This document shows, one piece after another, positions 1 to 12,053 of a stretch of 64,000 nt of DNA. The notes beneath the pieces are model-generated. The model saw only the letters and a program-made list of their open reading frames with translations, ran no database searches and was not told the origin of the DNA. Position 1 is the first letter of the stretch, and every line of letters begins with the position of its first letter. This DNA comes from Balanoglossus misakiensis (Eukaryota > Animalia > Hemichordata), in assembly GCA_040954595.2 (NCBI GenBank), contig CM082584.2, forward strand, positions 12,995,166 to 13,059,165. The letters are read 5' to 3'. The position numbers were made by a program, and so were the translations under genes.

Positions 1-2521
1 ACATGTTTCGCCGAATTACCGGGTACAGAACACACTGTAAAAAGGGTAAATATCTAGTTGTTTACGACTTTGTTATCGATACACGCATTTTACCGTGTGT
101 GTCGCTTTATGATTGGCTGTAAGTCGGGGATAGCCCTCTTATTATTTAGCTACAATACGCCAGAATTGAAAACAGGTCTGCCAAAAGGGTTCAACATCCT
201 ACACTAATACATTAATGCGCCCTCAACAGTTTGGCAAGCAAGACAGGCAAATGATGTTACGAGATTCGCTCACTTGAACGTTGAGGACGCTCACTCAATA
301 TGATAAGTTTGCGAAGACGGTGGCGTCTTGGAGTTCACATCGAAGTTGTTCTAGTTTAGTGAATATCGCCCTCACAGGCTTTCCCGAACTAATTCTATCA
401 ACAAATTCTATAAACAAATTTCCTTTCTATGAATTTGCCCGTATCCGGTTGTGTTTACCCAGAGTCGTTGTATAACCTTGTACGTTGAAACGTGTATGTT
501 GTCACGGTGGCTGGATTGACGATCGGCACACCTGCCAGGTATTGTACTTGACAAAACAGTTTGCCTATCTGATAGTATATCTGTCAGATATCTATTGTTT
601 TCCGTCGAAATCTTAAACTGGGAGCCTTTCTCCAACTCCCAAACTATGTATGCACTTTTCGAACGCAACATTTGATATACTGGGAGTGCGGTGATATGAC
701 GTCATTGGGCGGTGTCAGTAGAGATCAGATGGCAGCTGCTGATCACGTGTCCCGGCTTCAAAAACGTTGATATGCCTTGGCCCAGGTGTTACGTGGTCGG
801 TGTCAATTGTACAGGTGTGCTGGCACAGCCTTGCCAATCTCAACAAAAGTGTAAAGATCAAGGTTAGAAGTTCATTCAATAAGCATATCAAATCACTGCT
901 AAGCCTCCCCATAAGCATGTCACTGTACCCTGCGTTACGTGAATTCGCACGCTGCGATTGAGCGGAAAATTCCCGAACGATAGATATGGAAGTCATTACA
1001 GATTGACTACATATCCGTTTGCAACACCCCTCCCACTCTTCCGTATAGAAAAGAATGTCAAACAAATATTTCTTTTTAAAGTCTATATTTTATTTCCTCG
1101 CCGGCAATGGATATTGATATATGCCTTTGGCTTTGTACAGTCATAAAATTACATTTACTCATATTTAAAAATCAAAATGCAACAACAAAAATAAACACGT
1201 TTACTGGCAAAGAATGGCAAGCGAGTATTCCTTGTGCCAAACTGTTTTCTTTAATTGTAACAAGCACTTATCGTGATATTTCATTTGTAAGTTTATCTGG
1301 ATAACAAGTCAAATGACCATTGCTTGTAAATGTACTCTTTCTCGTTAGAAACTTCAATGTTTCTTTGGTGCCCGAGTGTTAAAAACACGTCAACCTAAAT
1401 GAAAGCACTTGAAACACAAAAATAAAATAACATCAAGCAAGCATTCATCACACATACCAACATTGCCAACGACCCATTTTATATCAAAATGTGTTCACAC
1501 GAGATAGTAGACGCATTACAGCTAAAAAGAATAGCTACAGCCCGTTATGATAATACGCGACTCAGGGAGTTAACACAAAGATTGACGTCGGCCATTTTGA
1601 ATTTCTAATTTGAGACCATTTTGCTCTCCCATTCGAAATTTGGCACAAAGTTTTTATTCTGTTTATCGCGAACAAAGATCTCTATCACCTGCATATCTTG
1701 TTTTTCAGTTTTAGCACAATAATCTTTATAACTGTCCTTATCTTATAGCTAGAGTAATATATTTTCATCCTCCCATATCGTGTATTTACTAACAAAACAG
1801 CAAGATAAAAAAGTAATTTAGTGATGTGTTTGACTAATAAAACATACAGTGGCTGAACTCTGCTGTTATCAGCAGCTAATGTTTCAGTAAGATTGCTTGC
1901 TATCTTGCTGAATAGCTGGCTTTGCCAGTCATGTCACCATTTTGGAGGACGAAAGCACTGTAGGTTGCCTCAGCTGTAGAAAGCATATTTCACAACTCCT
2001 ACGTCACCCCTCGTCTACTGATAAACACGGCATCTCGCGACTGTAAGCCTTTTGCATCGCCAGAAAATCATCGATGAACGTTTTCTCAAATCAGGCAAAC
2101 ATTTACAATCTATATGTACTGTCTTCTATGTACTCAAAATGTGTAATGCAAATATTTTCGAAATAAGAAATATGAAAGAAGTCGGCTTTTTTACTTTAAG
2201 TATTCAAGCTGAAAGAGCTTCTAGATTCCTAAGTCTGATAACGTCACGTGGTAAAACATTGAAAAGAGTTTAGATTTAGGAGCGTACCCCTTGGTATATC
2301 GTTTGCGATATACTTCCTGGGCGGGAAAGGAAAACCCTCGTTAAGTTACGTTACACGCAAAGATTGGTCAGAAAAAGTAGAAAGTTTTCATCAGTTCAGG
2401 CTCCGTCTCTTTAAGTTGACTCCCTATGTTGTTGATAGTTTGTACCCTGGAACGTTTTTGTCCTGTGACTATACATATGCATATTTTTTCGTACGAGTCA
2501 AAGTTCAAAATGTTGGTCTTT

Positions 2522-3279
2522 TCACGAACACGAACAGGACTCAACTTTCATGTTCGGTAAATTTTTCTTCACGATATTTCCGTCGTTGGTGTAATAGAGT
2601 AGTGAGAGGTTGGACATTTTGGTTGGCGTGCAGCAAGGGGTCAGTTCTTCTCGGAGAAGTTGGTTCTCTCGGGTCATGCTGACCCTCTGCATGACGCTGG
2701 TGTGATGGTAGCGTGGAAGCGTGTTGCCAGCACAGGATCCATCGCAATAGTTGGCATAGAAACCCTTGGGGTTGATGATCCAGTCGTGCCAGTTGATGTC
2801 CTCGAAGGACACGTAGAAAGATTTCCTGCAACAGGTGGTCATGTCGTCTATGCAGTCCACGTCTCGCTTGATGCGAGAGCGGCGCTCGGTTGTGTCGATC
2901 ACCATGAAAGGTCGATGCTCTCCGTCGGTTGCTATGGGCGACTCGTCATCTGGAAACTCTGGGCAGTCCTCACACCGGGCGATGAATGAGTGGTCGGGAT
3001 GCTCGTTGATTTGCCATTTTCTGAGGAGGTGTTTGACGTCAAAGGTCACCCAGCCATCTTTAGAAAAGGTCTGTTTGACGTTGATGTTTTTCGTGGCCGT
3101 ACTGTGGCGGTTGGACAGCTCCGATATCTTGATGGAACGGTCAGGGGTTGCGTTGGGATCGCTGATCTTGTAGAGCCACATAGTTGCTGATTGGATGGTG
3201 TTGGCTTGAGACAGTGTCTCGGGTGATAGGTGGAAATGGAAACAGCCGTCAGGTGACTTTGGGTGACACTTAATGCGAT
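2522..3279 (-). CDS. INHB: Activin beta: last exon (C-terminal prodomain plus mature ligand)
   Basis: Acceptor ttttctttacag|ATCGC at 3279; open to TGA at 2524-2522; contains the cystine-knot cysteines. Confidence 0.93.
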
Positions 3280-5509
3280 CTGTAAAGAAAAAAGACAAAC
3301 AAGGGAAAAACCATTAGCCATTTACTCGCATGTGACAAACAAAACACGTTACGTGGCAACGGTCCATTAAGTTTCACCGTTATCTTAATTATTACAAAGA
3401 CGATGTCTTTGTCCGTTATCAGTAAGATACCTCACAGCATTGAACTCAATTTACGCAACATTTACAAATATCTCAATTTTGGTAGAACGCCCGGAATAGG
3501 CAGATAGTTGGAACCATCCTTGCCCTATTGTCGTTTAATTCATGTCAATAACAGACCCATAAATGTTGTTTTTATTATTTTCATTTTGACGGCCAAGTCA
3601 GTTTCTATGGCAACAGCGCAGCGTCACATCCAACAATGCTACCAGTGGCATTGACGTTAAAAGCTTGGTGGGCAGGAACTTTTCGAAGACAAGTACTGCT
3701 GTTGCGCATGTCAAATAACACCCAATCGGATTCAGCACTGAGTTCGAATTAGCCCCTTTTCGCCCCCCCCCCCTCTCCCCAGTAATAATTTCCTTCCGTT
3801 TCACCATTGGTGTTTCAAATTCAAAAACGACTGTTGTGTGCCCGGATGTACAGCAAGTGAATCTGCATTCCCCTGACAAAGTTATCTTGTACGAACAGCC
3901 TAAGGCAGGGCCAACATTGATAGTCTCCTATATATCAGTTGTGGTCTGTCAGGCACGATAACCTTGTGATACCACTTATCGATCTGTGACATGCGGCGAA
4001 ACAATGGACAGACTGTGTACCCACTCAACACACTCTATAAACTTTGACACTCAACACAGAACAATCGACTTGATAATTTATTTGCTATGCTACTCAAGGC
4101 ACAAGTCAATCGACGCGGGCGCCGTAAACATGTCACGTCATTCGCGATATTGTCAAGTGGAAATCTAAACTTTTTCGAACACACAACAACAATTACGTCA
4201 TTTCATCAAATAAACTCCTAAATTGTCTCATTCCTGCCCCTAAGAACAAATGCGATGGAATTGTACTGATGCCAAGGAACTTTTGGCGGGTTAGACCGAA
4301 AGGTGAACGTGTACTCGCATTCCTGTGGTAATGTAAGCTTTGTAAACATATCAAGGAGTGGACATTTTAGTGTTGTTTTTAATTATTCCACAAGTTTAAA
4401 ACGAGTTTTGCAAAATTGAAGATCATTTATAGCATCATGTGACGAGGTGTAGTGATGTTGTAACTGCAGGGACTGTCGCGATTTGTCGTTCGCCAATTTC
4501 ATGCTACCACCGAAGCAGAGTTCCAGTTTTCGAAGTACTTTTTTTACAAAAAATCTTTGTTAACATTTAATGACCCGAATGACTTATTAGGTCCGAAGGT
4601 CATTCTAACAAACGACATATTGAAATTACAATACCTCTGTCGTATGACAGGACAAATGATTGAGATTACATTGTACGGCCTGTTCAATGTACATCAGTCT
4701 CGCGAACTCACGCGTTCAAGCAACGGGAGAACGCGCCATATCTTACTGCGGTGAAGTCGTACCCTGTCGGACGACCTGTACACCACCTGCCAAAGATCAA
4801 AAATCACGTCGGCGTTCGATTTGTTGGCTGCAACCCAGGCTGTGTAGAGTTGGAGAGGAACTTAGGATTAAATTTATAAACTTCGTGACTTACCTATCTC
4901 TGAAAACAGGATTATTTGAGTTGTCTTGCCGTAGTAATCATCGATATCCATGCTATGTTCGTCGCTGTAATACTCATTTTCATCTTCCACTATGGGTCTG
5001 GGCAGGACGAACTTTTCGGTGATGTTTGGTGGGTGAGAGAGTTGTAGTTTGTCTAGTATCTGCTGTTTGATGCGCTTCAAACGCAAACGGTCAGTTTCTT
5101 CTTGGCTAATGAACTTTTTGAACTTTGCAGATGGTTCACCATCGTCGGTAATGTCGTCTTCATCCTCCTCTTCTTTGCTTCCACCAACTTGGATCTCGCT
5201 TGATGAACCGTCGTCAGCCTCTTCTTTGGCGCGCATAGCTTCTGAGTCTTGAAATTCCTTCAGTTTTTTCAAATAGTCGTCTGCACGGTCATTTCTGACC
5301 ACAAACTCGCCGCTGTCGTTCTCGGTGCTGAAGCCTCGATCTTCCACGTTCTTATAGGTGGACGGGTCGTCTTCGTTGCTAGCACTGTTAGAAACCAAAA
5401 CGTCCTTAGCCCCTGATTCGAGAGATGCCCCATTCACTGTAAATGACAAAAATTCGACTGCAAGAAGAAAGATCAACGCGGAGGACATGGTGAGCCTTTG
5501 GATCTTCAT
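2522..5509 (-). CDS. INHB: Activin/inhibin beta-subunit precursor (TGF-beta family), join(5509..4894,3279..2522), 457 aa
   Basis: Signal-peptide-like N-terminus (SSALIFLLAVEFLSFTVNG), prodomain motif RLKRIKQQILDKLQLSHPPNIT, furin site RIKR, and a mature domain with the 9-Cys activin pattern (DCIDDMTTCCRKSFYVSFEDINWHDWIINPKGFYANYCDGSC...PCCTPTKMSNLSLLYY...PNMKVESCSCS). A phase-1 GT-AG intron joins the two ORFs in frame. Confidence 0.93.
4894..5509 (-). CDS. INHB: Activin beta: signal peptide and N-terminal prodomain exon
   Basis: ATG at 5509; donor GAGATAG|gtaagt at 4894; acidic prodomain ending YGKTTQIILFSEI. Confidence 0.9.
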
Positions 5510-6302
5510 CGTCAGGTGTTGTAGTAATGGTGTCAGTCTGGATCTGTAACAAGTTGGAAACTGGACTTAACAAGTGCACTGCCGCCACATTCCCAGAGAG
5601 CTTGTAACGAGAGAGGAGACGTGGACACAGGCACTGTGCTAAGTGAAGAGTCCAACACCACAGTCGGTAGTTTTGTGGCGGCACCGTGTCAGCTGATTGA
5701 TGGCTTTGTAATCTTCTGACCAATCACCACAGAGCTCAGAGTTCAGAGCTTCAATGACACAGGCCATGATTCGACAAAAGGCTGCAAATCACAGGGGATT
5801 TGTTCACGATAACTGTCCGTGATCGCTTCGCTATTATCAAGCGGCAAACCGCAAATGGAAAAAAGATCAACGTCTCCGCCTAGTTGTTGAGGAGACATTC
5901 ATCAAAGTAATCCAATTCCGTCATTCAGATAAATTATGCCCAGGTGGAAGAAAAGTCATAGGCATGAAGTGAGATGTTCAAACAGTCCTGATCGTCAAGT
6001 GCATTAAACAGCTCCGACGGCACATTTTGTAATAAACATCTTCCCAAATTTGCTTTGTACGGTAAATGGTTCGATTTGTCCGCCTGCAAGCGCAGGGCGA
6101 TCATTATCCCCAGTATCTTCAAACCGTCATCAAAATCAGTTCCGTTTCCTGTTTGTTTCCGAAGTTTTAAGGGCAATGGCATTTGTCCATATCAACTTTA
6201 GACCGGAGGTGTATAAGTGAGGGGTTACTGCATCTGCCACGGAAACTGTTATTTTTGGATGATATTTGTCATTGTCAATCGGATTTATATGGGGCAGGTT
6301 AA

Positions 6303-6911
6303 AGGGGAAATCCGTTGTAGCTGATTTCTACATAATTTGGTAGCTTTGATGTCACTCTTTCAGAAAAAAACATATTCGCCATGTATAGGTCGCGCGATTT
6401 TTTACAAAATCTAGGGAAAGTTGGCAGAATTTCCAATATGGCGTTTACTGTAATTTGAATCATGGGAAAAAAAGCGCCAGGACCAACTTCCGCCCACCAT
6501 GGTGTGGGTGATACCATTCTCCGATAGGTGTCACTGGGCGACAGACTAGGCGTATTTTCATAGCTATTGTTTGTTCTTTGCATCAGTTGATAAACAATCA
6601 TCAGCAAAGTCGAAAATTTGTCATCTATTGACAGTTTTCATGAGCTATAACCCATCGAAAATATGCAAATACGCTTAGCTTGTGACGCAGTGACACCAAT
6701 CGGAAAATGGTATCACCCACACTAAGGTGGGCGGAAGTTGGTCCTGGCGCTTTTTTTCCCATGATTCAAATTACAGTAAACGCCATATTGGAACTTTCTC
6801 TAGATTTTGTAAAAAATCGCGCGACCTATACATGGCGAATATGTTTTTTTCTGAAAGAGTGACATCAAAGCTACCAAATTATGTAGAAATCAGCTACGAC
6901 GGATTTCCCCT
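6303..6911. mobile_element. Non-autonomous DNA transposon (MITE), T2/Kolobok-like, TTAA target-site duplication
   Basis: ttaa|AGGGGAAATCC...GGATTTCCCCT|ttaa; near-perfect terminal inverted repeats of ~225-235 bp (about 6303-6536 and 6688-6911) differing by a 10-bp indel; no transposase ORF. TTAA TSD plus AGGRR termini characterise T2-family/Kolobok MITEs. Confidence 0.88.
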
Positions 6912-9318
6912 TTAAGATACATTTAGTATGTATGTCATTCATTCGGCGCCTGTGCGGACCGTGATTTCTTGGCGTACTGAACCCGTTCGGGAATATTGCC
7001 AAATATGCATGATAGAGAAGAAGCAATATCAATAGAGAATTCCATATTCCTCTCGTTGTAGTGGACGACGAGTCCATAAGGGTCATTTTAGGTCACGAAT
7101 GGAGAAAATGAGAGGTCAGCAATATTGCGCAACTGTTAATACTACGTGCCAATCTTCTTATTTTTCCGTAATTGTTTTTCGACCGCAAGGAGGGCCACAT
7201 AAAAAGGACATTTACTGCCAAAAAGGGTGGACGATTTCTAGGTACATCGTCGCCACCATCGAAGCCAATCTGTCGGTCGGTCTGTCATCACAACACGCAC
7301 GGTTCCCACGCTGTTCGAGGGCTTGTAGAATTGTAACACCATGGCCTGAATACAGCGCGTTTGCTTCATGGGCATTGCCCTATAATTCCTATCTACCCTG
7401 GCGTTTTGATTACCCTTTTCCGCGAGAAGGAGAGGGAGAGGGGGGGGGGGAGTGGAGAGGATCAGGCGAGAGTTACTGTAACACAGTAATAAACTAATTT
7501 TGAGGAACACATTTGAGTTTCTATAATGAGGCCGATTTACTGACATTTTGCTGTCAAACGGCTTTTAGAGACAAACGAAGAAAGGATATTTCAAAGGGGA
7601 TTATGGATATTACCATTCTGAATTAGTTTTCGAGGATTACCCCTTCTTTTCACCAAGCGAGGGAAAACACGCATGGCTACACACCAAGAGATCTAATAGG
7701 GCCACAATGTATTCGTTGTTGTGGCATGGGCCCTTATATAAGATAGTTCTATTGTGTTGGTGGAAGCGTTGCTCATTTCATTTGCACCCAAAGAATAAGG
7801 AGAAATCTAAAGTATCATTGAACGGAGCTGCTCAATTAACGTCATTGGTAAACATCATAATAAAGACATAACAAGAGAACATCGGTTCGTTGGTTTTTAA
7901 GATACCTTCATTATTGTCCAACTTTTCAGTGTTTATTCTATTGTGGATCACGGTCGCATATTACCACCGGGCCAAATCTCCGCCGGGGTATTTTACGATG
8001 CCTAGATGCCCGGTTAGGCTGAATGAAAGTTTTGTCGCAGAGACAACAGCGTTTATGTGTTGTGCAGCGTGGAAACGCGTCCCTTCCCCCAGGGTTTAAC
8101 ACGAGCGAGAAAAGAATTGTTGTTCCTCAATTGTAGCCCTTGAAGGACAGGTGTCAGGCACGTCTTTCAAACGAGATGAGTGGCAAGCGATTAAACTGAT
8201 TCTCACGGTGTCCGCGTTTAGTTTGGCCAAACCTTTGACCCATGCATGAAAAAGGCGATTTTGATTTTTGTAGTTTCGTCGGCGTCGCGGGAGGGAAATA
8301 CAATAAAAACCTTGGGAGTCAAACACTGCTTTTGGGATTCTCGCACAAAAAGAAGGGGGTCTGCTTGGATAATATAGGAAGTTGTAAAACGAGGAGATGG
8401 CTGTAAGAACACAAATAACGCTAGGAATAATGAATGGGGTGGTCTTGTTTCACACGGTACAAATTGCCATTTCCCCTGTGACCAAGTCGATAAAGAAAAC
8501 GTCCGCTTTGAAGTTGTGAAGCAATCCCCACCATTTTGGACAACCTCGCTCAAATCCGAGACATTTTTCTGCCAAGACAGTCCATTTTTGCTGACTCAAG
8601 AAGAACTCCTCACGTCATTCATTAATCACCATTCCCATTGGTGACACGTTTTCTTATTTTACGAGGAGTGGTATTGAAAGATCTAAGAAGAATTGCACTC
8701 TGTTTTGTTAGCCGGCGTGTGTTTACTGAGAGCCAACATCAGGTGATATGGAAATGGCAGGCACGCGTGTGTTTGTCGGAGTTCTAGAAGTCGCGCCTTG
8801 TCCCACGCTGCCACAACTTGTGAAATTCAATGTCAACTTCAGCATTACAAAAACAACCATGTGACCTGGACAGTCACGTTCGCCCGGGAAAGTAACGTAA
8901 CTTTTAACTGTTTTAGACAATCATATACCTTCACAAAAAGGACATGCGTTACGTTCATGCTTTACCTTGACGCAGATTACTTGCATAAAAAAAGAAATTC
9001 GCGTTAAAGCTTTCAAGACAGACGACAATGTTCAAGGTCTTTCTAAGAAAATCAAGAGAAAAGTTTTTAGAATAAATCGGAAAGACGACATGTAACCACA
9101 CGTACGTTTATTAAAGTTTAGACACCCGCGCGACAGGGCGAAGCATGCAGGGACATACCTGGCTGGCTGGTTGGCTGGCTGACATTTTGTCTTTTCTTTA
9201 TCGTTCAATCAGTGGTTCAGAAAGTTCCATCACAAACTGTTCGAAGTTTTCTGTAAAGTGTAAAGTGATTCTGGTGGATGTCCTTTCTTGGTTTTTCTCA
9301 CACAACAGGGTCACTCAC

Positions 9319-9353
9319 TTTCTTGATCTGTGCAAAGAGGCTTTTCTTGCCAT
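9319..9353 (-). CDS. Putative upstream first coding exon of activin beta (MARKASLHRSRK...)
   Basis: Kozak-like aaagATGG at 9353 and donor GAAA|gtgagt at 9319 (phase 2). Splicing to the acceptor ttgttacag|ATCC at 5543 is in frame with ATG 5509. Inference only. Confidence 0.45.
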
Positions 9354-9629
9354 CTTTATTGACTCAAACACTCTCAAGTGGTCTCAGGAAGGTCTGAAGT
9401 ACCTTAATTCACAAAAGGAGAGCTTATTCTTCTTGAAGACAGTATCAGAGGTGTTGTAATGTATCATCAGGCACAAAAGAAACAATTTAGTGTAATCGTT
9501 CTGTACGTGTGACTACAATTAATATCTTCCATTAATTATATGCATTATTAACTTCGAGGGTCGTCGAGTCCCTTTAAGATCTATCTCTTTTCTTCGCGTT
9601 GGTTGGAGTCAGTCGGTGGGTCGTTCTGA

Positions 9630-9695
9630 AAGATTGACCTTCGAACTCCAATACGAGCGTCGCCCGCTTGCAGCTTATAATGAAGTGACCTTCCT
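9630..9695 (-). promoter_or_regulatory. Putative TATA-containing promoter of activin beta
   Basis: TATAAG on the minus strand at 9679-9674, flanked by AGGTCA half-sites, about 320 nt upstream of the putative first-exon ATG. Confidence 0.35.
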
Positions 9696-11906
9696 TTCTG
9701 GTTTGATGTGATACCTACTAAGAATATACGATCTGATTGACGAATATAGCATCAACGATATGAGCTTGATTAATCCACCGTGATAAGAAACTTCTAATTC
9801 TAATCGGATGTCGACGGAACAGATACACGAACTCGTTCAACTACGACCCACGAACATAAATAAAAAGTAAATAGCGAAGAAAGTTATGTGAACTTTGAGG
9901 CGGTATATGTAGGGCCTTACTTCTAAGAATATAAACTGTTCAATGAGGTTTACAGTTATTACCCCCCCCCCCTCCCCCTAAAAAGCAACAGCTGGTAATA
10001 CAATGATTATGAAATAACGTTATGAAATACCGGTAGCACAGCTGGTCCAATCATTTTGATTGGCAGATGAACTTTTATCGTCGATCAAACAATCAAAATC
10101 AACCGCAGAGCAAAAGGACAATGGCAAGACAAATTCACCTATCGCATTAGTGAATTAAATGGTGAGAAGTAGATAGATTAAGAAGAAACAAAGGGGGTCA
10201 TAGGTCACCTTAAATATAACGGATGTCCAAATGTTTTTCGTGACTGACACGCTTTCTGGAAAATTTGAAGGTGAAGGATTTTAGGACTCAAAAATGTGAA
10301 AAAATATTGAAATTATTTTCAATATATGCGGCGTGGAAGTGAAGAGTAAACAAAAACCACGCCCATATCTGTTTTCAAACGTGGCCCACACAGGAGTCGT
10401 TTTATTCTCCACATTTTATCAACTGCCAGTTAATGGTTTCCCTTGAACGAAAGCCATCATGTACCGTTAACAGAAAATTCTCAATACGTCAATTCAAACC
10501 ATAGACGGATGATGCTCAAACCAAATAACTATGCTTGCATTGTACCATGTGAAGGTTGTAAGTAAACTGTCGCGTTTTGTAGTTCCCCTCTGTCCACATT
10601 TGGCCTTCTGCCCAGTCGCATAGGCCAATAGGAGTGGGTCATGTTTCGTGGTGATTTAAACATTATTTAAAGTTTACGTGAATAAAAATGTTTTTTGAGT
10701 AATGTATGAAAGATGAAAATGTGACCTTGGGATTGTCATCAACACCAGACCCATGGGAAAAGCGCAATACATTGTGGATGTGGACACAAAACTGTAGAAA
10801 GGGAGAAGTGAAGCGAGACTAACAAGAGGGGATGTAAAGACGGACAGAGAAAAAAGTGTTAACACGCGAGACAGTACAGCTGCAGAGATAAAAGTTCAGA
10901 GAAACGGTGCAAAATACAGACAGAGAATAAGACGGAATAAGAGCATTGACAAACCGAGGGCAAAGGGATATAGAATGTTTCCTTGTTGCATTTTGCGGCC
11001 GTGACACTCTGTGCCAGAGACACGAATGTGGCCCATGTCGATACTATGTCCATGTTTATCTCAACAACAGAAATAAGTTTACAGTTGTCTTTGGTCCGCG
11101 TGAGTAAACAAGGGACCATAAATTGTTTGCAAATTTTAGAGGTGCTCTTTAACCTACTTTTGAAATCCCCAGGGTTTTATTTACATGGGTCAGTATGATA
11201 CCAAAATTTGTTTTACAGGCAATAAAGCCATAGCCTTTGACCTACTTTCGCAACTTCGGTATCAATTGGCGATTTCTAAATTATTTATAGCGTGTATCAT
11301 TAATATCAATAGCAATATATTCAACATGCGATTTATTGCACTTGTTGATCATGTTTTGGATGATGTTTTTTTCTAGGCAGTTACGGTATATTTACCATTT
11401 AGCTTTCCACGTGATCTCTGGCTTTATTATTTTGATATATATATAAGGTATGAAAATATGTCATCGAAAGTAGAGTTGAATATTTAGTATCCCAACGTAC
11501 TAAAACGCTGATATCATTAAATATCCAAATTTATAACACGACTGTATAAGATATAAGAAGGATGTGTAAACTGTATCGGGAATCTCTGCGTTCGAAATTT
11601 AATGGGGGTAATCAGATGAATGATGAAGTTGTTTGTATATTTTATCAAATTGACTTATGTATGACACGCGAACAATAGTACAATGGGACGTCACTCGCGT
11701 GCTGACTTATCTCGATGAACTTTGACCTCTCAAACAAGGTCCATGCTGAATAGACCTGTCCGTCATTCGGATGCTTAACGGTTGATACTGACAATGAGAC
11801 CACTTTAGATTAAGTTATTTAACTGTCAAACTGTTGATGTGGGACGGAAGGCGAGAAATCCCCAGCCATTTTGCCAAATCTTCAGTTTCAGTCCCGTGCA
11901 AAACAC

Positions 11907-12053
11907 GTCTGTCTGTCTGTCTGTCTGTCGTTTCCCTTGCATATGTAACGAACTGGGACAACTTATTTTTTTTAGTTTGTTTGTTTGTTTGTATCTATCT
12001 GTTTATTTATATATTCATTTGTTATTTGTTTTTGTCTGTTTGTTTGCTTGTTT
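11907..12053. repeat. Simple repeats (TCTG)n/(TTTG)n/(TTTA)n
   Basis: Visible degenerate tetranucleotide tracts. Confidence 0.6.

Noticed and set aside
281-1065. Short ORFs downstream of activin, one with a hydrophobic stretch
   Set aside because: No recognisable family or consistent exon chain.
2522-2870. Myostatin/GDF11 or BMP identity for the TGF-beta ligand
   Set aside because: The mature domain matches activin beta (CCRKSFYVSF..I.W.DWII.P.G..ANYC.G.C; SLLYY...NIVK..LPNM.VE.C.CS) rather than myostatin (CCRYPLTVDF) or 7-Cys BMPs.
6299-6915. Two near-identical ORFs on opposite strands (...SRDLYMANMFFSERVTSKLPNYVEISY...)
   Set aside because: Mirror images produced by the MITE terminal inverted repeats; no transposase motifs.
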